A stretch of DNA of 64,000 nt, from contig JAJDCM010000312.1 of NCBI GenBank assembly GCA_029260825.1, positions 5,215 through 69,214 of the forward strand, read 5' to 3'. Below are positions 57,380 through 64,000 of this stretch, piece by piece. Every line of letters starts with the position of its first letter. Within the stretch, counting starts at the first letter, position 1. A model generated the notes under the pieces. The model saw only the letters and a program-made list of their open reading frames with translations. It was not told the origin of the DNA and did not search any database. The DNA comes from Planctomycetota bacterium. Lineage in GTDB: Bacteria > Planctomycetota > JACOTG01 > JAJDCM01. The position numbers and the translations under genes are program-made.

Positions 57380-59530
57380 TCAAAGGAAAAACAAGAACCC
57401 GACAAAGAGGACGGCAAGGAGGACAACTGACGCAAACAAATAGTCGGGAAGACGACCGGTCTGAATCTGCCGGAGGGATTTTCCCCAGTAAAGGAAGATC
57501 GCTCCGGTTCCTCGAACCGTTCCGTCGACACCTTGATGATCAATCACTCCGACAACCCGGCCCAAAGACTTACCGAGCCAGCCAAAGAAATTCACGATGC
57601 CGTCGACAACATACTTGTCAAACATGGAGCACACGATACGCAGTGCCATGATCGACCCGACGAACACCTTGCTATAGAAATGGTCAACGTAGTAGAGGTT
57701 CACCAGGACCTTCTGGTACCTGGCGAGAATCCCCTTTACCTGATAGTTCCTGAAAGGACCGTTCGATCCAAAGAACATCCAGGAAAGTCCCATCCCGGAG
57801 AAAGCAATCAGGATGGAAATGATCATGGTCGGGGTATGAGCCGCATGATGAGCGTGCTCGAAGTCCGCGGCAACACTTCCACTCGAAGCATGCTCTCCCG
57901 AAAACGACACCGGGGCCAAAGACGCGACCCGAAGAGGATCCTCGGGTTCGGCCAAAGAAGCCGCGGTGTAACCGTAAGGCTCAAAAATAGTCTCGGTTCG
58001 ATCTTCAAACCACTTGTGGCTGCCCATCAGGAAGCTGAAGCCACCGGAGACGACCGAAACCACGGCAAGCAACATGAGAGGTGCCGACATGGTCAGGGGA
58101 GACTCGTGAGCGTGTGAATGCTTCTCTTCGTTCCTGGGCTTTCCAAGGAACGTCATGAAGACGATCCGGAACATGTAGAAAGCGGTGATCCCGGCAGCCA
58201 GAGCGGCAAAGACAAAAGGAAGGTACGCAAGGAAGCCTCCCTTGTAGTTTGCAAAGGCAAGAGCCTGGGTCAGAACCGCCTCTTTGGAATAAAAGCCGGA
58301 GAAGAGGAACGGGAACCCGGAGATTGCCAGGGTTCCGATCAAGAAGGTCACAAAGGTGATCGGCATCTTCTTGCGAAGTCCACCCATCTCTTTCATGTCG
58401 TTGGTGTGAACCGCATGAATGACGCTTCCCGAACCAAGGAACAGAAGAGCCTTGAAGAATGCGTGGGTGAAGAGATGGAAGAGACCGGCGGTCCAGGCTC
58501 CACATCCAATGGCAAGGACCATGAAGCCGAGCTGGCTGATCGTTGAATAGGCCAGGACCTTTTTGATGTCGTCCTGGGCAACGGCAATGGTCGCGGCAAA
58601 GAGAGCCGTAAACCCTCCAACCAAGGCGACAACCATCAGAGGAACACTGTGGAAGAAGTCTCCTTCCCAGAAGCCGGGGCCGGCAAAGAAGGGGAACATC
58701 CTGGCGACCAGGTAGACCCCCGCCGCCACCATGGTTGCGGCATGGATAAGAGCCGAGACAGGGGTTGGGCCTTCCATTGCGTCGGGAAGCCAAACATGCA
58801 ACGGGAACTGAGCCGACTTACCGATGGGTCCAAAGAAGAGACAGATCCCGGCGGCGGTCAGGAGGCCAGAGGTCCAGACTCCCGCTTGAACGCTCTCAAA
58901 GACATCCGCGATGGCGAGCGATCCCACCACCTTGAGGATGATCATGAGGGCGATGAAGAAACCGAGGTCGCCGACTCGGTTGGTGATGAAGGCCTTCTTG
59001 GATGCGTTGGCCGCCGAGTCTTTCTGGAAGTAGAACCCGATCAAGAAGTAGGAGCAAACTCCCACCAGTTCCCAGAAAATGAACATGAAGAGGAGGTTGT
59101 TGCAGAGGATCAAGCCCAGCATCGAGAAGCTGAAGAGAGCCAGGAAAGCAAAGAATCGGTTGTACCGATCCTCTCCCTGCATGTACCCGGTGGAATAGAC
59201 GTGAACGAGGAAACTCACCCCGGTAACGACCAGCAACATGATGACCGTGAGGTTGTCGACCGCAATGCCGAAGGTCACAAACCACGAGCCCTCGGCCCCG
59301 GGTGTCCCCATCGTCATCCATTCGACTTCCCAGCTACTCGCTTCGAGGCCACCACCGATCAGGAGGTCGACGAAGAAGAGTTTCAGCGCGAGGAGGAATG
59401 CAACCCCCATGGCGCCCGTGGGAACAAAGTCACCCTGTCTCGGGAGAAACCGCCCGAAGAAGATCTGAACGATAAACGCCGAGATCGGAAGACACAGGAT
59501 GATTGCGGCAAGTATTACTGGTTGGGTCAT
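57380..59530 (-). CDS. nuoL: NADH-quinone oxidoreductase subunit L
   Basis: GKSAQFPLHVWLPDAMEGPTPVSALIHAATMVAAGVYL and a long C-terminal lateral-helix region. 716 aa. Confidence 0.92.
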   Translation of the reverse strand: MTQPVILAAIILCLPISAFIVQIFFGRFLPRQGDFVPTGAMGVAFLLALKLFFVDLLIGGGLEASSWEVEWMTMGTPGAEGSWFVTFGIAVDNLTVIMLLVVTGVSFLVHVYSTGYMQGEDRYNRFFAFLALFSFSMLGLILCNNLLFMFIFWELVGVCSYFLIGFYFQKDSAANASKKAFITNRVGDLGFFIALMIILKVVGSLAIADVFESVQAGVWTSGLLTAAGICLFFGPIGKSAQFPLHVWLPDAMEGPTPVSALIHAATMVAAGVYLVARMFPFFAGPGFWEGDFFHSVPLMVVALVGGFTALFAATIAVAQDDIKKVLAYSTISQLGFMVLAIGCGAWTAGLFHLFTHAFFKALLFLGSGSVIHAVHTNDMKEMGGLRKKMPITFVTFLIGTLAISGFPFLFSGFYSKEAVLTQALAFANYKGGFLAYLPFVFAALAAGITAFYMFRIVFMTFLGKPRNEEKHSHAHESPLTMSAPLMLLAVVSVVSGGFSFLMGSHKWFEDRTETIFEPYGYTAASLAEPEDPLRVASLAPVSFSGEHASSGSVAADFEHAHHAAHTPTMIISILIAFSGMGLSWMFFGSNGPFRNYQVKGILARYQKVLVNLYYVDHFYSKVFVGSIMALRIVCSMFDKYVVDGIVNFFGWLGKSLGRVVGVIDHQGVDGTVRGTGAIFLYWGKSLRQIQTGRLPDYLFASVVLLAVLFVGFLFFL

Positions 59531-59847
59531 TGGCTTAGGAGGTCGGCCTCGTCCACATTGACGGAATGATTGTGAGAGAAAATGTTGAGGATGATGGCCA
59601 GAATAATCGTCGCCTCGGCCGCCGCCACAACAATGATGAAGATCGCTGCGAGATGGCCGTTCAGATCATGGGACACATAGCGGGAAAACGCGACGAAATT
59701 AAGAGCCGCCGAGTTCAAAAGAAGCTCGATGCCCATCAACACCGCCACCGCGTTTCGCCTCATGACGACGATCATCATGCCCAAGGTGAACATGAGCGCG
59801 CTCACCACAAGGAAATGATTGAGGCCAATCTCAGTCAAAAAGCTCAT
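59527..59847 (-). CDS. nuoK: NADH-quinone oxidoreductase subunit K
   Basis: About 100 aa with three TM helices. Motif: LMGIELLLNSAALNFVAFS...AAAEATIILAI. Confidence 0.92.
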   Translation of the reverse strand: MSFLTEIGLNHFLVVSALMFTLGMMIVVMRRNAVAVLMGIELLLNSAALNFVAFSRYVSHDLNGHLAAIFIIVVAAAEATIILAIILNIFSHNHSVNVDEADLLSQ

Positions 59848-60353
59848 GCCTCACGCTCCTTTCTCCGAGCGATGTAGACCCCACCAACAAGTCCCACCAG
59901 GAGGACGATGGAAGCAATCTCAAAGGGCAACAGGTAGTCGCTCATGAGTAGGTAGCCAATATCCGCTGACGTGGGTTCCATCTCCTCCGAGGCGGTGGGC
60001 TTCCACGTCGTTTTGTTGATCACGTACAATAACGCCGTCAAGATGATTCCACCGGTGATCACCGCTGGAACGAGCAAGCGTTTCTGGGCAAGCTGACTGA
60101 GACTGATCTTCTGCTTATGAGTCACCATCAGCCCGAAAATGATCAAGATCATGATGCCACCGATGTAAATCATGACCTGGGTGAACCCGAGAAAGTCGGC
60201 CCCAAGATAGAGATACAGCCCGGCGACACCAGCCAGAGAGGCCAGCAGCCAAAAGGCGGCATGCACGATGTCCCGGGAGAACAAGATCATGACCCCCGGC
60301 AACACGGCCGTTGCCGCTAGCAGATAAAACAGTAAACCCTCGTAGAAGCTCAT
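59844..60353 (-). CDS. nuoJ: NADH-quinone oxidoreductase subunit J
   Basis: About 170 aa with five TM helices (ILFSRDIVHAAFWLLASL...GADFLGFTQVMIYIGGIMIL). Position between nuoI and nuoK. Confidence 0.88.
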   Translation of the reverse strand: MSFYEGLLFYLLAATAVLPGVMILFSRDIVHAAFWLLASLAGVAGLYLYLGADFLGFTQVMIYIGGIMILIIFGLMVTHKQKISLSQLAQKRLLVPAVITGGIILTALLYVINKTTWKPTASEEMEPTSADIGYLLMSDYLLPFEIASIVLLVGLVGGVYIARRKEREA

Positions 60354-60385
60354 CGTCTCTTTCTTCCCGAGCGAACGCCCGATGC

Positions 60386-61366
60386 TTAGCTCTTCTTCTC
60401 TTCCTCGGAAGGACCAGAAGAAGAACCCTTATCATCTTCCTTCTTTTTATCATCACCCGGCTTGGCCGACTCTTTCGACTCGGTCACGGGTTTATCAGCT
60501 TCTTTCTTTTCTTCCGGTGCCGGCTTTGCGGGCGGTGCCTTTGGCGCCGCCGGTTTCGCACCCTCCTCAGCCTTCACATCCGGCTTAGGGGCTGGGTCAG
60601 CCTTGGGCTTTGCTGGAGCAGGTTTCGCCGCTCCCTCAGCCTTGGGGGCTGAGTCCGTCTTTGGCTTGGCCGCAGGTTTCGCCTCTGCCGCAGGTTTCGC
60701 TGGTGCCGCAGGCTTTTCGGCTTTGGCAGCCGGCTTGGCTGCTCCGGCTTCCTTCGCCTCTGGCTTGTCTCCGGCAGCTGCCTCTTCCGCGGCCTTCTTG
60801 GCGGCGGCAGCCTTCTTGGCGGCAGCAGCGGCCTTGGCCTTTTCTGCCTTGATTCTCTTCTTCTCTTCGGCGAGGTGATCGATCTCGGCCCGTTTTCCAA
60901 CCACGAACTTGTGATCAGCCTCGTTATAAACCTTGTCGGTGAGTAGATTGTTCATCATTTCATCACGACGGGTCGAAACGAGGTTGAACTGCTGTCCCAT
61001 GTGAATGCATTCGGTCGGACAGGGTTCGCAGCAAAGGTTGCAATAAATGCAAAGACCGTAATCAATCGAAAAACGGGTAAGACTCGCGCCTTTACCTTGG
61101 TGAGAACCGCTGACCGTTCCGTCTCGGCTCCCCTCGATATAGATGCAATCAACCGGACAGGCGTTCGAGCACTGGTAGCAAAGGATGCACTTCTCGGTCT
61201 CGAGGAAGTGAGTTCCTCGGTGCCGGGACGGTATCTTCGCTTTCTCGTGGGGATACTGGATCGTGACGATTCGCTTCTTTGCATTCACGAAGTAGCGCCA
61301 CGTGATCCCCATACCGGTCACGATCGATTTCGAAACTTTATAAATCTCGCGGAAGTAAGTTCCCAC
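60386..61366 (-). CDS. nuoI: NADH-quinone oxidoreductase subunit I (2x[4Fe-4S]) with a C-terminal Ala/Lys/Pro/Glu-rich extension of roughly 180-190 aa
   Basis: CILCYQCSNACP and CIYCNLCCEPCP ferredoxin motifs lie in the first ~135 aa. The remainder is low complexity (KAAAAAKKAAAAKKAAEEAAAGDKPEAKEAGAAKPAAKAEKPAAPAKPAAEAKPAAKPK...). Confidence 0.9.
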   Translation of the reverse strand: MGTYFREIYKVSKSIVTGMGITWRYFVNAKKRIVTIQYPHEKAKIPSRHRGTHFLETEKCILCYQCSNACPVDCIYIEGSRDGTVSGSHQGKGASLTRFSIDYGLCIYCNLCCEPCPTECIHMGQQFNLVSTRRDEMMNNLLTDKVYNEADHKFVVGKRAEIDHLAEEKKRIKAEKAKAAAAAKKAAAAKKAAEEAAAGDKPEAKEAGAAKPAAKAEKPAAPAKPAAEAKPAAKPKTDSAPKAEGAAKPAPAKPKADPAPKPDVKAEEGAKPAAPKAPPAKPAPEEKKEADKPVTESKESAKPGDDKKKEDDKGSSSGPSEEEKKS

Positions 61367-61387
61367 AGCTGAATAATCCCGATCGAG

Positions 61388-62518
61388 TTACTTACCAAGC
61401 CCAGGGGCCCACCCCAGACTCATGAACCCGTCGCCAGGCAAAACCATCTGCCAAAAAGCAGTGATGATCATGGCAACGAAACCAAACGGTACAAGGACTT
61501 TGTAGCAGAGGTAAAACATCTGGTCGAGGCGGATTCGCGGTAGCGTCCAGCGAATCCACATCTGCAAGAAGAGAAAAGCAAAGGCCTTCCCGAAGAGAGC
61601 TCCCACCCGAATGAGAATTCCAAGAATTCCATCGATGTTGTCCAGGAACGGAATCCCTGTGTAGTAGCCCCCAAGGAAAAGAATGGCAATCAGCGCCGAA
61701 GCAACAAACATGGCGCCGTATTCAGCAATGAAGAAGATGGAAAAGCGCATCCCGCTATATTCGGTGTGAAAACCGCTCACCAGCTCCGACTCCGCTTCAG
61801 GAAGATCAAAAGGAGCGCGTTTCAGCTCGGCAAGGCTGGCAATGATAAAGGCGATGAATACAACCCACATCACCGGATTGCGGAAAATGAACCAGTTAAG
61901 AAAGAGACCCTTTTGCTCCTCGACGATATCGACCATGGAGAAGCTTCCGGAAACAATCACCACCGTGACAAGGCAGATGCCCACCGGAATTTCATAGGCA
62001 ACAACCTGAGCGGCTTCCCGCATCGCCCCAAGAAGCGACCATTTATTGTTGGAAGCCCAGCCCGCCATGATGATTCCCACAACTTCGATGGATGCAACGG
62101 CGGCCAGGTAGAAGATCCCGACATTCAGGTCGACGACGATGATGTCCCGATCAAACGGGATGGCGATGAAGAGGAGAAAGACTCCCACGAACGCCGCAAT
62201 CGGCGCCAAGATGAAGAGCGGTTTGTCCGCTTCTCGGGGAATGATGTCTTCCTTCCCCATCAGCTTGATGCCGTCTGCCAAGGTCTGGAGAGTTCCCCAG
62301 GGACCATACTCCATGGGACCGAGGCGAATCTGCATGAAAGCAGAAACCTTGCGCTCCATGTAGACCCCAACGAGCCCAACCAGACTGATCACCGTGACCG
62401 GGATCAAACCAGTGACGAACATCAACATGGGAATATGAAGGAACTCAGGCAATTCCTTGAGAAACGGCAAGAGCTCCAAGATCTGGTAGATCAAAGCTCC
62501 GGTCGTGGTCTCGGGCAT
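61388..62518 (-). CDS. nuoH: NADH-quinone oxidoreductase subunit H
   Basis: ERKVSAFMQIRLGPM, LADGIKLMGKEDIIP, APFDLPEAESELVSGFHTEYSGMRF. Confidence 0.95.
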   Translation of the reverse strand: MPETTTGALIYQILELLPFLKELPEFLHIPMLMFVTGLIPVTVISLVGLVGVYMERKVSAFMQIRLGPMEYGPWGTLQTLADGIKLMGKEDIIPREADKPLFILAPIAAFVGVFLLFIAIPFDRDIIVVDLNVGIFYLAAVASIEVVGIIMAGWASNNKWSLLGAMREAAQVVAYEIPVGICLVTVVIVSGSFSMVDIVEEQKGLFLNWFIFRNPVMWVVFIAFIIASLAELKRAPFDLPEAESELVSGFHTEYSGMRFSIFFIAEYGAMFVASALIAILFLGGYYTGIPFLDNIDGILGILIRVGALFGKAFAFLFLQMWIRWTLPRIRLDQMFYLCYKVLVPFGFVAMIITAFWQMVLPGDGFMSLGWAPGLGK

Positions 62519-62606
62519 TTCTTCTTCGCTTTCGCTGAACGACGTTCTTACGTTTCAGAACTTGATGGCTCCCAAAGAGCCAACGTCTATTTCTTCTAAC
62601 TAGTAG

Positions 62607-63809
62607 CTAACGATCAATTTCGCCAAGCACGATGTCTAGACTTCCTAGAATGATCACCAGGTCGGCTAGCATCGTTCCATTGGCAAGGGCCGGCAGAACC
62701 GACACATTGTGAAAACTTGGTGCCCGGCACTTCACCCGCCAGGGTTCATCCGTCCCGTCGCTGGCGATGTAGAACCCGAGCTCACCTTTTGAGTTTTCGA
62801 CCGCGGTGTAAGCAGCTCCCTTGGGCGGCCGGAACTTTCGGGCCGTCGCCTTGGCCAGATGCTCTCCTTCGGTCGGCATCGCATTCAGCACTTGCCGAAG
62901 GATCTTGATGCTCTCAATGATTTCCTGGGTTCGAACGATGTGTCGATTCCAGCAATCTCCAATGGTGCCGTACTCTCCGGTACCGGTGCAGATGTTGAAC
63001 TCGAAACGATCGTAGATGCTGTAGGGCCTCAGTTTTCGGAGATCTCGTTTGACTCCGGTGCTTCTCAGGTTCGGCCCGGTGACTCCGTACTTGATCGCAA
63101 CTTCCGGAGTCATGACTCCCACGTTTGCCGTTCGATGGATGAAGATACCGTTATAGGTGAGGAGATTGTTGATTTCCTCGAGACTCTTCTCCATGTGATC
63201 GATGAACGTCGAGATCTTGTCGAGAATTCCTTCCGGGAGATCGTAAGCAACCCCTCCCGGACGGATGTAGTTATAGTTCAGGCGCTGGCCGCAAATCTCT
63301 TCCAGAATATCGAGAACCATCTCCCGATCCCGGAAAGCATAGAAGAACGGTGTGATGGCGCCGGTATCGAGACCAAAGGTGCCAACCGCAATAAGATGGC
63401 TTCCGATTCGGTTGAGTTCGGTCACGAGCACCCGAATGTAGTCGGCATACTCGGGAATCTCGACCTTCATCAGCGCTTCCACCGCCAGGCAATAACCAAG
63501 ATTATTACCCATGGCCATGAGGTAGTCCAGTCGATCCGTATAGGGAACTGCCTGGACGTAGGAACCGCTCTCTGCACATTTCTCGAAGCAACGATGGAGA
63601 TAGCCCACCACCGGTTCGCATTCGAGAACCAGCTCACCATCCGTCTTTGCCACCACCTTGAGCACCCCGTGGGTACTCGGATGCTGAGGCCCCATGTTGA
63701 GGAGTAGCTCTTCGGTCCTTACATCCGGCGGCTCGTGGACGTTCGTATTCATGTTAGCGGTGTCGGCCATTTTCGTCTTGGACCCCTTGACGTCGCGGGA
63801 AGGGCTCAT
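62607..63809 (-). CDS. nuoD: NADH-quinone oxidoreductase subunit D
   Basis: LNMGPQHPSTHGVLK, YTDRLDY, RPGGVA, and the C-terminal LGSLDIVLGEIDR. An alternative start is ATG 63770. Confidence 0.95.
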   Translation of the reverse strand: MSPSRDVKGSKTKMADTANMNTNVHEPPDVRTEELLLNMGPQHPSTHGVLKVVAKTDGELVLECEPVVGYLHRCFEKCAESGSYVQAVPYTDRLDYLMAMGNNLGYCLAVEALMKVEIPEYADYIRVLVTELNRIGSHLIAVGTFGLDTGAITPFFYAFRDREMVLDILEEICGQRLNYNYIRPGGVAYDLPEGILDKISTFIDHMEKSLEEINNLLTYNGIFIHRTANVGVMTPEVAIKYGVTGPNLRSTGVKRDLRKLRPYSIYDRFEFNICTGTGEYGTIGDCWNRHIVRTQEIIESIKILRQVLNAMPTEGEHLAKATARKFRPPKGAAYTAVENSKGELGFYIASDGTDEPWRVKCRAPSFHNVSVLPALANGTMLADLVIILGSLDIVLGEIDR

Positions 63810-63857
63810 CGCTCACAAGAAACGAGCACCCGAGATCGAATCAACTTCAGGCTGGGA

Positions 63858-64000
63858 TTAGCCGGGGTGTCCTCCCCACGTCCCATCTTCGTTCCCCTCG
63901 AACTCACAGACAATCCCGTGGTATTCGGTGGGGAACTCATAGTCTTTCCGTAACGGATACCCGATCCAGTCATCCGCGCAAAGAATCCGTACGAGGTTTG
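63858..64000 (-). CDS. nuoC: NADH-quinone oxidoreductase subunit C, C-terminal fragment (5' end lies outside the window)
   Basis: The minus-strand frame gives ...RILCADDWIGYPLRKDYEFPTEYHGIVCEFEGNEDGTWGGHPG*, the conserved NuoC DDW-G-PLRKDY motif. TAA stop at 63858-63860. Confidence 0.8.
   Translation of the reverse strand, partial: NLVRILCADDWIGYPLRKDYEFPTEYHGIVCEFEGNEDGTWGGHPG

Overview
Moderately GC-rich bacterial chromosomal segment, densely coding, with roughly 90% of genes on the minus strand. Most of it is housekeeping. The window contains RNase P RNA, the dnaG-rpoD pair, rsmA, and a type IV pilus/T2SS-like motor operon (two PilB-like ATPases, PilT, PilC, and an embedded histidine kinase). 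It also contains ppdK, yebC, rplM-rpsI, metK, waaA, secA, pyrD, a DksA/TraR-type zinc-finger protein, xerD, uvrBC, purD, tRNA-Pro(UGG) and folE. The right end carries a nuo operon in the order C-D-H-I-J-K-L-M-N, with no nuoEFG. Gene content (prepilin-type pseudopilin, FGE-sulfatase/HEAT protein, prenyltransferase-repeat lipoprotein, PPDK, pyruvoyl arginine decarboxylase) resembles PVC-group or other uncultured Gram-negative lineages, but this is a low-confidence guess. I saw no CRISPR array, IS element, prophage or rRNA.

The observations most worth a second look:
1. A tandem array of four paralogous secreted ~320-aa proteins (33.4-38.7 kb). I cannot assign them to any known family.
2. secA is a single reading frame interrupted by one in-frame TAG, exactly at a conserved Tyr codon.
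3. NuoI carries a C-terminal Ala/Lys/Pro-rich tail of roughly 180-190 aa, and the complex I operon lacks the NADH-input module.
4. A ~0.6 kb AT-richer non-coding stretch ends in a strong orphan intrinsic terminator, making it a candidate ncRNA. Repeated GC-rich palindromes lie next to it.

All calls come from reading the translations and sequence by eye. No database search was run.
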